DNA from: Tubiluchus corallicola | Taxonomy: Eukaryota > Animalia > Priapulida | Assembly (NCBI GenBank): GCA_030141605.1 | Contig: JAQGDQ010000190.1 | Location: 310,001-374,000 of the forward strand | Direction of reading: 5' to 3' | Length of the DNA: 64,000 nucleotides | In this document: piece by piece, positions 15,401 through 26,441 of the stretch | Layout of the letters: every line of letters begins with the position of its first letter | Numbering within the stretch: the stretch's first letter is position 1 | Position numbers and translations under genes: made by a program | Notes under the pieces: model-generated | Database searches by the model: none | Seen by the model: only the letters and a program-made list of their open reading frames with translations | What the model was told of the DNA's origin: nothing

Positions 15401-18400
15401 CATGCATCTTCTTCCTTCGCCTCATCTACAACTGAAAATACTAGTAATGGATATCATACAAACATCTATAACAGTATTACAAGATTATGAAGGTAGGTTA
15501 TTTATTACTGTCATACGTGCTCGGAAATATTGGAACGATTAATGAAAATTAGGAAACAGTTTTTTCTTTGGAATTATTCAGAAAATTGTTTTACCAAGTT
15601 CATTTGCTGTTTGAACATACGTTAATGGTAGCTTTTAGCAACGTGAGAGCAAACTTTGCAGTGAATCACAACGTCATGCTGTCATGCTTGACATTTTTTG
15701 CTGGACTTGTTTTTTATAGTTTAGCATTTTGGAACTCGTCTTTCGGTATACAGGTGATTGTGGCTGGACCAGTTATAGTTCTATTCTCAGCATGTTTAAA
15801 TATAGCTGATTAGACAAATTGTGACTTTGATAAGAAATTTATCCAATATAAATCAGCATAAATTTTGCTGGTGGTTATTCAGGTTGTTACTCAATTAAAT
15901 CCTAAATGTTCACAGGTAAAACAGATGTAGGAGAGACCGGAGATGTTTGTAACATTTTGCAGATTTTTTCTATTAAATGCGTAAACGTTTAGTGACTGTG
16001 TCATAGACTAGTACCCAGACAGAGTACGCAAAGCCCTCAACATATGTAGGCTTTATTTTTTATATGTAGTGTTATTTATTAACACTGTAAGGGATTACTA
16101 AGCCATAGACAGATCAAGAAAATAAAAATATAACAACAAACCCTTCACTCCGGATAAAATGAAACAGTGGCAGTTTTATTCAGTTATCTGGCAAGATTTT
16201 TTTATGATGAACCTAGACCAATAGTACACTTAATTATAGAAACAAGTCAATACACTAATCAACCTGGCAGCCATTCTAGAACAGTAAAATCTCATTCATA
16301 TTGTACTGAAAAAATACTAATCACACTTTTAACAACAAAATTATTGAACATAATGTCTAGCAAAAAATTTAATTCTGATAAACAAATGTTGATTAAAATT
16401 TAATGACAATTGCTGATGAATTAGTAACTGGAATCGTCAGAATCGCATTTGTGGCATGTAAAATTAGTAAAATGGCAATGTTGAACAATAGCGTTACAAG
16501 TAGTCCCAAGAAGACTTTTGTACTGATAAACCATAATTTAAAAAGTATTTTGGTATTTTAAAAAAACTTGTTATAGCTTAGCATAGTTGAGGGTCGGTAC
16601 TTTTTTATTTATTAGTTAATAAAATTTGAATATAGCATACTTTAATTAGTAAACCAAGTATTTTAAAAAAGCAAAAATTTTCTTTCTGCTGTTAAATGGC
16701 CTTGCACTCAGTTTTGTGCTGCACTAATCTTGTCACTTATCATTACTGACATGCATGTAGTATAAAGGTTACCCAAAGGTCATTCTCAGTCTTCCCATAA
16801 TTCCCTAGATAATGGTAATGGTCAGTTACTCAACTGCATTGTTAGTATCCACACTGAGCTCAAGTTTTAGATTAAGCTGGGAAATGTCACTGCAGATGAA
16901 TTGTTGCCCATCGTACATAAAGTCTGGCAGCCGTTGGTGCTAAGGTTTGGCGACAAGGAACTGCAGATATTAATGAAAACTTTTGAAACACTGCTGTGTA
17001 TGGCGGATTCATGTGGCGACTTCATTCGTCAGAGGACAGTCAAAGAAGTTTGGTCACGTCTTGTTGAGTTTCTGAGAACGCAGGCTTTTTTAAGGTTTGT
17101 TTTTCAGACTGCTACTGTTTTGTTTTGTTAAAAAAATATTTGAGATAAGTTTATGTCATTTAATTCCAGAAGTTTTCATTTACAGTCTGTATGTTTACAC
17201 AAAGTTCAAGGCGCTTTTAGTGACATTTTTTCCACAGCCTGCAAATTTTAATTCTTGATAAAAGGAATATCAAGCACCCGTTATTGGCATTTTTTATTCT
17301 CACAGCGACCATTGTTTTTGCATTTATACCTCTACATTTGTTTATGCTGATTTCCTGTGTAAAGCTGTGGGTATGTGCAAATAATTTTTATTCAGTACAG
17401 TTGCAGTTGGCCTTGAAAATAGCAAAAGATGTTGGTGAAACATCGGCATAAATATGAAAAACGTCAGTAATTGCTTGGGTGCTTGTTATTTCTTTTACTT
17501 GAAAACTAAGATTCCTATCGCTCTAGTCTTTTTCTCTGTCGATTTTAGCCTTGTTTCTACGAGACCAAAAATGCTCAAATTTTGCATTTGTTTTCAGTTG
17601 ATGTTAGGTAGGAGGCACTAGACTAGTTTGATCATGACTGGTTTGATCAGTTCTTTCATAGTATTAATATCTCATTCTTTTCATAAAATATACTTAGGTT
17701 TAATAGGAAATCGAGTTCATCACATAAGAAATAACATATTTAATAAGAAGAAATATTTTTTTAAGGAAAATGTTGTACCCTTTTAATTTTTTATTTGATT
17801 TTTACTTAAGTTTCCTAAAAGTCCATGAAATTGCTCTGTAATCTCAAATTTTGTTTGGCGACAAGTGCAGAAAAATTTACAGAAAGTAAATGCTCGCAAA
17901 AGCTCTGTAATCTCAAGTGAAGTTTGAGACTATATTTAGAGCAATTTTGTTAAAATTTGTTGACTTTTATGAAATGGCAAATCTTAGTAGAGCTCTCGTG
18001 CACAAGATCTGTGTACAAATCATGAGTGATTTCATTATTTTTTAATTTAGTTTACCTCTATCTAGAAAGAAACTCTAGATCGAAACTCGGGATGTTTTAC
18101 TTATACATAATAAGATATATTAGTCAAAATTCCCACTTTTCCACTTTGACGTAAATGGTTGCAAAAGTGGATTAGGTCATTGTGAATGTGGAATAAACTA
18201 TGAATCCCGAGAACAGATCTTACTTCACTTTTTATTATAAGTAGAGCTGATGTTAAAACGTAATAATGAGTAATATCCGTATAAACTATCACAATCAATT
18301 TGCATGGGATGCAGAATAGTGCATGATTTTCAACAAAGACGAAAATTAGTTTCCAGTGTTAATGATAGTGATAATAATATTTCATAATCTTTATGTACAG

Positions 18401-21400
18401 TCAGCTTTTTGGATAAACAATTAACATAAGCTAAAGAGAGCTTTTGGGCTGACTGTAAATAACAAATGTACAACTACATAGCATAGACTATTATTACCCT
18501 GCTTTTACCCTAAGTACCATGTGCCAGGCAGGGCAACAGTAGGTACCATTTTTAAAGTCTTTGGTATGACCTGGCCACAGTATCGAACTCATGACCTCCC
18601 AGACGGAAAACGGACGTGTTACCACTAGATTAAACCGTCTGGTCAAGTGTTGCAGGTATTTTACTAAACTTTGAGTGATTGCTTGATTTTTTTCTTCCGC
18701 TCAAGTAAATTAGCTGTATGTGAATTCTTAGCTGTATGTTTAAATAATTCAAAAATGTATCATACAACATAGTTAGTCGGTCGTTTTTGTCATTCTATTA
18801 CAGTCGAAGCTGTGAGAATCACTACAAACTTACTCTTGCTTACAAATTGCAAGTTTTGGTATTACAAAATGTAGGCCGGCTATGTTTGCAGGTAAGCAGC
18901 AGTTATCTGTGCAGCTATTGAACAAAATACCTCACACTTTTGTGAGTTTGTCTTCTGATAAACATGCACAGAAATAAGATTATTAACACAAAGCATTTTA
19001 CTTTGTTTGGTCAGTAAATATGGATGTATGAATATAGTATGGTGTTTTTACCAGCAAGGCCGGATTATGTTATAGGCCTGTATAGGCTGCAGGCTAGTGC
19101 CCTTTAAGCTAGGGGGCCCTCAAGCTTTGGTAGTGTTTGGTAAAAAATCTGTTTTTCGCTGGGGTTGTGTTGAAATGTGCTAGTTTAGTCTGTAATTATT
19201 TAAAAAGTTATTTTTAAAGTTTATTTAAAAAGCTATGTAAAAATATCTAGGATGGGTATGGGCGAGTTATAGGGTGGCTTGTCTGAGTTGTAGCCTAGGA
19301 ACCCCAACAGATCATAGTCTGACCCTGTTTACCAGTAAATCCCTCTTATGGTTAGTTGATCACATTCATATATCTGTAGTTGCATACAGGAATCATGCAT
19401 TTCAGCTTGACTATGTTTATTTAAGCAAGTAATAAGCAAATTGATTGTATATCTAATACAAACATACACGTTAAGTGAGCAATTGTAAATTTAAAAGTTA
19501 AATACATTGCTTAAACGTCCTATATAACCCCAACAGACGTTGAAGCTTTTTTAATGCATTATTATGATTACACACAGAATTAATACTTATCTTTAAAAAA
19601 AAAAAACATATAAATTAAATACCTTACCTTTTTCTGGCGAATTTCCAATGCATGCATTGACGTAAAGATCACAATGTTTTGCCTCTTTGGTGTGAGTGAG
19701 AGAGAATGACGTGCAGAAAGTGTCTTTGGTTACAGACGCTTGTTTATTGACCTTTGGTGACCTCGTGGTTGTACTCATTATGTCATTTGTCTCGTGCAAC
19801 AAAAAATGGGTGGTCCTTCAAATTAATACCCCTAACAATACACTGATAAAAAATCAAAAGAAACAGGTTTTACAGTAAGTTTATAATAAAATAAAAATTG
19901 AATATTCGTAACGAGAAAAGGATTTTAAGTTGTAATTGCTCATATTATAGTGAGGGTATTTATTTATTTTCTTGTAGACAAAACTCTGGTCAAAACATGT
20001 AGCTACCTTTATGAATACAATAAAAATTGGCGATAATTGATATAACTACTTGCTCAGACAAGACTTTTATTTGTGCAGCTTGTGTGAGACTTCATTATTT
20101 TGGTAAACAAGGATTGAATCATACGGCCTTTCATAATTAAATGACAGCCATCACTTTTTGTTTTTCCAGCTGGATGTGCAGGAAAGCGATTGTGATGCTA
20201 TAGCAAATGTTTGCTTGCCGTATCTTAGCAACAAACAGCCAGAAACCCTACAACAGGTATATTAGCGGATCAATCCGAATATTGAGATTTTAATTTGATT
20301 TGCTGCTGCCATTTTTACAAATGAACATTTTTTACTGTAGAAAGTGACAGCTGAAGAAACTTTTTACAGTGATGAAAACTCAATACATTTAGACTTGAGT
20401 TATTTTTCAATTTTTGACAAAGTAGTTTATAAAAATTAAGAAAACAATTTTTGCAAGGAGACGAGACCTATTTATGTCATCTAGTTTTTTGCTACTTATG
20501 TAAGTTTGTCTCTTATTTATTAGCTGGTAGCACAAAATGCATACAATAAGTTCCACTGGTAATTGTTATTGTACCAAAGTTGTTTTCTTTGTCAACAGGT
20601 GACACCACTTGTTTTGCATAATGTACTATACTAGGCATATTTATTGTTGTGGAGTTAGTGATGCTATCTATTACAATTAAACTAATAGATACTAGATTGC
20701 TTTTTGTGTGGTTTATTTCTAAGTTTAAATGTGGGATTTCACTCATTTTCAGGCTGCAATTTCTTCCTTCAAAAGTCTGATAGAGTTGGATGCTGATCTG
20801 ATTTGGCTGAAACTTATTGTTACTTACAGTCCAGTGAGAGAACTAACACCACCTCACAACTGTTTTAAATCATTTAAGGTGCTTGTCTATTTTTATGACT
20901 TTCAGTCATTAGGCTACTATCATTAAATACAAATACAGTCATGTTACTAGGGACTCTCAGATGAATGTAAATACAAAAAGAACCACTGCAGTCGTGGTTG
21001 ATCTAAATTAAATATATTGAACTATGAACTGGTATAATACTTAAGCAAAGTTTCAGCAAATAGGTTCTGCAAGTTTTCTTTCTAGAAACTAGGAATCGAC
21101 ATTTATAATTGAGTGCTTGCAAACCGACCGTCCACAAGTCGACATAGTTAAATCTGAGTATGATGTTTTAAAATACGATTCGTCAAAAATGGGGCGAAAT
21201 ATCAATTTTTGTTTTTTTCAAAGTATAATGGACTTTTATGTTCTAGCATTAAAATGTCAGAAAATTGTTTAGAAAATACTAAAAATTTAATTTTATAACT
21301 CCCTATCCACTTCTCTGCCTAAAATTGCATTTGTCAAAACTCTTCTAATCAAACTCCAGTAGTACTTGTGGAAGCATTCAATTTGCTTGCAGTTTTTTTC

Positions 21401-22220
21401 AGCTGCCATGCCCAGATCTTCATTTGGACATCTACAGGATTTAAACCTATCTTCAATGTGCTCTTGCAAAGTCCATAGCAACCGTCTTTTCTATGGTTTC
21501 TAAGATTTTTGTAGAAGCGCGACAAAAAACAAGGGAAACGTTAACAGCGATTTTCTCGAGATTATGTTTTTCAGTGCCTGGCATGCATTTCAATTCAATG
21601 TGGATTATCTCAGGTTAAAAATAACATACTGCACTGAATGTGGTATCAAAATGATCTTCATGAAATAGAGATTTGGGATAAGTGAATAACTAAAAAAAAC
21701 TTTAAAAAAACCTTAACTGCCAACTTCTGAACGTTTTGCTGTGCAAGCACACAATTACTGTTTTGGGATTGTTGTGACTTGAATTAATTTTTAGTTGAGT
21801 TTTTTTTGCATTACTTGCTATTCATTGCACATTTGGTTTATAGGAAATGGTAAGGCACACTAATTTACAGTTATTTATACTCTGTGCTTTTTAGGTTACA
21901 CTGAGGATGGGAACTGTGCTTACAAAAATGTTTTTTAAGTATTATACTAACATATGGTTCCATAAATTTCTTTTTCATCAAACATGAAGGCAGTGCCTTT
22001 TAGTTGTATTGTTCATTTCTTTAAGTAGTGAATGGCAGCATTTTCAGTGATTGCATGAGTCAAGGTGATCTTAGCTTTTGCGTTGTTAATAAAAGATATT
22101 CTCTGTTGTATGCTGTTCTTAAGAAGTTTTGAATTTTTGCAGGTTAACGATGGCGGTCAAGATATAAAGCAGTACTCAGCTAATGTTTCGCAGTTGCTAG
22201 CAGTAATTGATAATTTATAG
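207..22220 (+). CDS. TTI1: TELO2-interacting protein 1 homolog (TTI1), complete 23-exon CDS, 3252 nt / 1083 aa
   Basis: Exons joined by hand with consistent phases and all GT-AG: 207-400, 1156-1295, 1701-1776, 2015-2166, 2511-2629, 3546-3666, 4676-4838, 5831-6039, 6443-6499, 7022-7144, 7911-8039, 9067-9244, 9674-9902, 11640-11776, 12587-12752, 13060-13170, 14260-14523, 15387-15492, 16896-17094, 18804-18891, 20170-20256, 20753-20878, 22143-22220. TTI1 motifs recognised: AFSNLQPLCV, LQEYVLFPL, SEELKL, FASFLPGI, TGDMRQG, HSNWRVR, SLPRI, ENTDYLVNSISLRLRH, LLPIVHKVWQPL, CGDFIRQR, PYLSNKQP, YSANVSQLL. Confidence 0.95.
1156..1295 (+). CDS. TTI1: TTI1 coding exon 2
   Basis: tttag|...SNDLYEATVECIKKIVSS...QPGNTEK|gtatgt, phase consistent. 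Confidence 0.88.
1701..1776 (+). CDS. TTI1: TTI1 coding exon 3
   Basis: LAASSEELKLSVITCLRILVANSTD; ag/gtaatg. Confidence 0.9.
2015..2166 (+). CDS. TTI1: TTI1 coding exon 4
   Basis: SVLGKMYETAFLPALGHAVFITLQ...AIQCL; ag/gtgagt. Confidence 0.9.
2511..2629 (+). CDS. TTI1: TTI1 coding exon 5
   Basis: FASFLPGISMCLSTIATGDMRQGYKVIV; ag/gtaaga. Confidence 0.92.
3546..3666 (+). CDS. TTI1: TTI1 coding exon 6
   Basis: TAISVWAKLISLVMSNETL...; ag/gtaaga. Confidence 0.88.
4676..4838 (+). CDS. TTI1: TTI1 coding exon 7 (alternative in-frame start at 4655)
   Basis: GKSLFVCRDAAWLKSTSEKL...HSNWRVRLAL; donor gtacgt. Confidence 0.85.
4865..5140 (+). mobile_element. Non-autonomous Helentron/HINE (DINE-1-like) element in TTI1 intron 7
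   Basis: Starts ttacctctgccaaagaggttatg and ends cttggagggagtgtttagctct, matching the recalled 'tacctccgccaaggaggttatg...cttggcggagg..gctct' termini of this family. Confidence 0.55.
5831..6039 (+). CDS. TTI1: TTI1 coding exon 8
   Basis: SLEQCVPYFLNILVSLSGDE...SLPRII; ag/gtgagt. Confidence 0.9.
6443..6499 (+). CDS. TTI1: TTI1 coding exon 9
   Basis: DEPGKLLALRRLNGYIRLL; ag/gtaaat. Confidence 0.88.
7022..7144 (+). CDS. TTI1: TTI1 coding exon 10
   Basis: GPQVSKILNSAPHLHRLSLALMQILEMD; ag/gtgcat. Confidence 0.9.
7911..8039 (+). CDS. TTI1: TTI1 coding exon 11
   Basis: KNFKHFAEDSIHKELIKVCCLLGFYG; ag/gttatt. Confidence 0.88.
9067..9244 (+). CDS. TTI1: TTI1 coding exon 12
   Basis: GDSDLLIDYFMDFFRDSLVYRLQAVWIINYIILG; ag/gtaatg. 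Confidence 0.9.
9674..9902 (+). CDS. TTI1: TTI1 coding exon 13
   Basis: SSLIDELIQDDYWYLPT...NRNVLLMCLLLDII; ag/gtagat. Confidence 0.9.
10848..11591. mobile_element. MITE with ~25-bp TIRs and TA target duplication
   Basis: TA|CACCTGCCATGAAAATGGTGTG ... CACATCATTTTCATGGCAGGTG|TA; no coding capacity recognised. Confidence 0.8.
11640..11776 (+). CDS. TTI1: TTI1 coding exon 14
   Basis: VLGKEFRILLINCLYAVLVKVGD...VSQSA; ag/gtatgt. Confidence 0.92.
11885..12319. mobile_element. hAT-type MITE
   Basis: TIRs CAGGGCCGGATT / AATCTGGCCTTG; degenerate 8-bp TSD atcatatg/attgtatg. Confidence 0.75.
12587..12752 (+). CDS. TTI1: TTI1 coding exon 15
   Basis: ENTDYLVNSISLRLRHL...LPLVDDII; ag/gtatgc. Confidence 0.92.
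13060..13170 (+). CDS. TTI1: TTI1 coding exon 16
   Basis: VLLNLD...FMRVLRMLVECVKKWYP; ag/gtacat. Confidence 0.9.
14260..14523 (+). CDS. TTI1: TTI1 coding exon 17
   Basis: Acidic linker VRDFFLDYHRQKQIAE...KPLHVKIIVE; ag/gtactt. Confidence 0.9.
15387..15492 (+). CDS. TTI1: TTI1 coding exon 18
   Basis: VLERCMHLLPSPHLQLKILVMDII; ag/gtaggt. Confidence 0.92.
15926..16800. mobile_element. Degenerate MITE-like insertion in TTI1 intron 18
   Basis: Left end gtaggagagaccggagatgtttgtaac; right end ttctcagtcttcccata is a decayed inverted counterpart. Confidence 0.35.
16896..17094 (+). CDS. TTI1: TTI1 coding exon 19
   Basis: DELLPIVHKVWQPLVLRF...CGDFIRQR; weak acceptor, donor gtttgt. Confidence 0.9.
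18490..18644 (-). mobile_element. MetaSINE-type tRNA-derived SINE
   Basis: Minus strand: A box taatctagtgg, B box gagttcgatac, then Meta core ggtcataccaaagactttaaaaatggtacctactgttgccctgcctggc. Confidence 0.8.
18804..18891 (+). CDS. TTI1: TTI1 coding exon 20
   Basis: YKLTLAYKLQVLVLQNVGRLC; ag/gtaagc. Confidence 0.9.
19055..19327. mobile_element. hAT-type MITE with perfect 8-bp TSD
   Basis: TTTACCAG|CAAGGCCGGATTATG...CATAGTCTGACCCTG|TTTACCAG. Confidence 0.85.
20170..20256 (+). CDS. TTI1: TTI1 coding exon 21
   Basis: IANVCLPYLSNKQPETLQQ; ag/gtatat. Confidence 0.92.
20753..20878 (+). CDS. TTI1: TTI1 coding exon 22
   Basis: AAISSFKSLIELDADLIWLKL...PPH; ag/gtgctt. Confidence 0.92.
22143..22220 (+). 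CDS. TTI1: TTI1 terminal coding exon 23
   Basis: VNDGGQDIKQYSANVSQLLAVIDNL-TAG after acceptor tttttgcag. Confidence 0.85.
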   Translation, partial: VNDGGQDIKQYSANVSQLLAVIDNL

Positions 22221-22689
22221 AAAATGAGACATTGTAAGAATTTACTTCACCATTCTTTTCTTAGTTGTTGGTCGTTTTTGACAGATTTTTTCATTTGGTC
22301 ATGATAAAAGGAAGCTTTCATATATCTGCTTTTGGTTGCTTCAGGACGTTCGATTTTATTGCTGTCTTCTTCATAAGATTAATCCCCGGGTTTAAACTTT
22401 TTGCATGTAAACCTGCTGTGCAAAAGATATAAATCAACAGACTTTACTGTTAGTGCAGTATAGGAAGGTAAATTAATCATTAGAGTGCTGCATAAAAAGT
22501 ATTATCTACACTTCATTGTTTACTTATCTTCTTATTTTGTAGGATCCATTTTTCGTGGAATTTATTTCGCCATTAAAGACACCATATGCTGATGTTGGTG
22601 TTGTGTCTGTACTTGTAGATAGGGTAACTTTTCTTTGCACACAGGAGATGATACCAATCATTTGAAGCCTGAATGTAGCGAGTTTTGTA

Positions 22690-23120
22690 CTTGTAAATGG
22701 ATCTAGGGGCCATCCATCCACATATAACAATATCGAGGTTTCAGCTGATTTCGAGGACCTCTTACGTTGCATTATATTGGCATTATCACCACCACCTACC
22801 TACCCCTTATATTGTTGTGAATATCACACCAATGTACCTTTTTGTGCATTTTATTCTTCCTCTCCCAAGGACAAGCAACAACATTACTTGCATTAATTTA
22901 ATGGAAACCATCAGTGGATTCTACTAGTATTCTAAGTCTTGACTAAATCACCTACCTACCTTGCGTTATAATGGCGTTATCACGTTTCCTGCGACCTACG
23001 TACCGTAAACTTGATATCGTTATATATGGATGACGCACTAGTTTTCATTGATATTGAGGAATCTGTCACTTGAAGCCTGAGCATGACATGCTTTTACCAC
23101 CATTCTCAAGATTACCACCG
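22690..23120 (+). mobile_element. Highly decayed reverse-transcriptase relic, probably Penelope-like
   Basis: Frameshifted motifs in the expected order: GHPSTYN (cf. GSPTYN), HTNVP (cf. SLYTNVP), YRY/MDDALV (cf. RYVDD), ILKIT (cf. IKFT). Confidence 0.35.
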
Positions 23121-23914
23121 CACTTGATTATAAAACTTAATTGGAATCCTTAGTGTACTAATTATGTAATCTAGTTAGTTTGAATATAGTAAAAATTAGG
23201 ATAACTGTTTTCACTTTTCTTATTGAATCTCTGATAGCAGCAAAGAAAGTTAATTATCACTGTTTTGTCATTAATCAAAAATGTGTTTTTACTAATTAAT
23301 TAGTATTAATTGATCAATTACAGCTTGTTTTTTGCTTAAACATCTCGAGATAGTGGAATTGTCAACGAGTGCATTGTTTAGTATTATCTGTTAGGTTCTC
23401 TATGAATTCCACTCAACAAATAAGCTAGACTAAGTCCCGCTTGTTTTACTGCATTTAGTTGAGAAAAGTAGCATAAAAGCTTTTCACCACGTCACATGTT
23501 TGCTTTAAACTATTGTGAGAAAATCATGCCAGTAAGATAACTTGAAGTTACTAAACTGGGAAATTTATTACTAAATCTTATGTTTTGGTGCTTTTAAAGC
23601 TTTGGTGATAGATAGGTAATTAAAAAATGAGAAAACATTTTTTTATTACTTAAAACTGAATTTTGTTGTCTTTTTTGTCAGTTACCTGTTCAAAAGGTGA
23701 CATGATGGCACAAAATGTTTAACTTGTTCATGAAAGCTAGATTTCAGGTTCTGGTATGAACCATATGATACAGGTGACATGAAAGTGTATAACAAGTGGA
23801 AGTAGTTGGCCGCCATTTCATCATTAGTGTGATGACCATTCACTGCATTTCAGTGTAATGCATTTTGAAACTCTGCTTGTGCTGCTGTTGGCCATGTTGG
23901 CTGTGCAAACGTGC

Positions 23915-24148
23915 AGAGACGAAGACAAAAAAGACAAAGACAAGATTTATTTACCGCCACTCATTTAACAAACAACATTAGCACTAATGGCCATTTAGCC
24001 ACTTAATCTTACAACAATACAGGAAAGGACGCAACACACAAATAACGAATAAAATGTAAGGTATATGCACTGGTGTTGGGAGCCGCTAGACTCGAACTCA
24101 AAACTGCGTAGTTGCAATCTGAAACCTAACCACTCGGCCACCCAACCC
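23915..24148 (-). mobile_element. tRNA-derived SINE, apparently full length
   Basis: Minus strand head gggttggg-TGGCCGAGTGG (A box)...GAGTTCGAGTC (B box), T-rich body, aataaa and a (tctttg)-like tail; the cloverleaf is not intact, so not a tRNA gene. Confidence 0.65.
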
Positions 24149-26441
24149 AGGACGAAGTGTGCAGAAATGCTTGTAAGTGCTGTCACCACAACACGTATCT
24201 ATATGCAATAGTAATATGCTTTCATTCCCTCTGCTGGCATTCATAATTATAGCTATCATCAAAGTGTACTCAGTGCAGTGTTATGATTGCACTGATTAGC
24301 ATGATTAACTTGTATGGTTCTTGTGAAGCTATTAATTATAGCTAGTGCACTGGGTCATTATTGAGAACATATTCTTCATCATACTGGTTGTTGACTAGCT
24401 ATACACTTGCGCAGAAAAATCTCTTTCTGTTTACTCTTTCGTATATATAAACGGCTTTCATAATACTAAGTGACTAGTAGGAAAGTCTTGTGAATACATC
24501 AACATCTTTTGCGACCTTTAATGATTGTTGAGAAATTCTGTTTTTCATCTAGTGTAATTACATTGAAGCCACATTCAATTCTCATGTTGTCAAGTTCACC
24601 TTCAAGCATTAGCACTGTATTGATTACTACTTGCTAATATGTCTACAGTTAACATCGTCTTCAATTTTTTGTTGCTTCGTTATTACCTTCTAGGTTGTAA
24701 AGTTTGACAGACACAAAAAAGCTGCTTGCGGAATAGGTAGTCTACGTGTGAAAAATGTATTTGTTATCAGTTTTTTTCGTGTGAAAATGATTCACATTTA
24801 TGATACCGAAGCTCTTATCATTATGCTAAGATTACTCTGGTGACCAAAAACATTTTTCTAATGCGCTCTTTGAGTAAATCATGCGAACTTGATGTAAGTG
24901 CTATTATTCTACAGGGCTTACAGCAACAATGAAGGCAAAATATGATTGCGAGTCAAATTGTAGTCTAGACATTGCTGATAACCATATTATATTTAGAACT
25001 GACGAGAAGCTTTGTATAAGCAAAAACAAGTGATATTAGTTTTGAAGTGACATCACCTGATGTCTCCCGTGCATTCAAACATGCACAAAGAGCTATAGAA
25101 TTTCACACTGAATTTGCACAAAACACACTATAATACATATCACGGAGGGCTAAAAGTAATTTGGGAATCTATTAAGTACGAAGGCAGTCAGTTTATTCAT
25201 TAAACCATAGCGGTATGGAAACTGTGAGTTTTGTATATATTACTGCATAGATGGTGGATCCATATGTTGTATGGACAGTAGTGTGCGGAGAAGACCTACT
25301 CCGACCAATAAAATCTGTGATCTGCAAGTAAGGCTTTCTGGCTAAATATTATGAAACAATACCAAGTTAGGAGTAAGTCATTCCAACTCCCCCGATTTTA
25401 ATGGTAACCTCTTAATTTCTCCGTTTTTGAAATATTTCTACCGGTTTTCAACCAACTGTTAGTTTAACGTAAAAATCGCACAAAATGCGATCGCAATGAC
25501 TGTAGTGAGATGGAACAATTTTATCTGTTGGAAAGCGTAAAAACGATCACTCTGTCAGAAAATTGATTGGAAAGCACAAACTAATTTAGTTGCGAGACAT
25601 TTAAAAAGAAGATAACAGAAAATTAATGGTGCTACAATAATAAAACAGTAAGTAAGTAAATATAGACGATAAATAAAGTACTTACTTCCAGCGCGAGATA
25701 CCAGTGACTTACGCTAAAACTTTCACAGTACCTCGTCACTAATAGTTTTCTCATCTATCGCAAATAGTGCATTGAACAATAGGACAAACCTATTATTAAC
25801 ATTAAAAAATGCCCTCAGCGCTGCTTTAATTTTTATAATTCAGACAAGGTGCATAAACGTTTTACTTTATTTGCTTGTTAAGATACATTAAACAGAATTA
25901 TGAAAAGTTTTTGTACCACGTGACTAGCTGCCTGGTTGGTGACAAAGCAATATACATAGTTACACCAGTCATTCTTATTATTTTTTAATGACGGTTGATT
26001 ATGCATTTTCTATAGAACGTTGTTGCACTGACGTGATGATGAAAGGTACATCATGTTGTTGGTTCATTAACTACCACGCGAGAGTGACATGTAAGTGTTC
26101 CAGTAAAGATTTTTGTTGGATGATTGTGTGCTGGTGTTTAAATTATTGCTGATATAGGCATGCTGACATTTTTGCATATTTCATCAGAGCATCATAATGT
26201 TAATACATGCCTTTATATGTGTTGGACAGAGATAGTAATGAAAATTTTATACTGAATTTAGCGTAAAAAAACCTGCTGACTGAGTTGCAATGAAACGGTG
26301 GTTGTAATGCATTATTATGATCATATCATCCCTCAATGCCAACAATCAAAGCTGTTCGTGTTACACCATAGTTACACATTACATTGTTACATTAAATTCT
26401 AACATTATACGAAACAGACACAATTATAACAGTAACATACT

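Noticed and set aside
24076-24148. Functional tRNA gene
   Set aside because: The anticodon and T stems do not pair properly, and it is followed by a SINE-like body and tail.
24999-25030. Hammerhead-like CTGACGA-gaa-gctt-tgtat-aagc-AAAA
   Set aside because: The required GAAA is AAAA and no stem I pairing was found.
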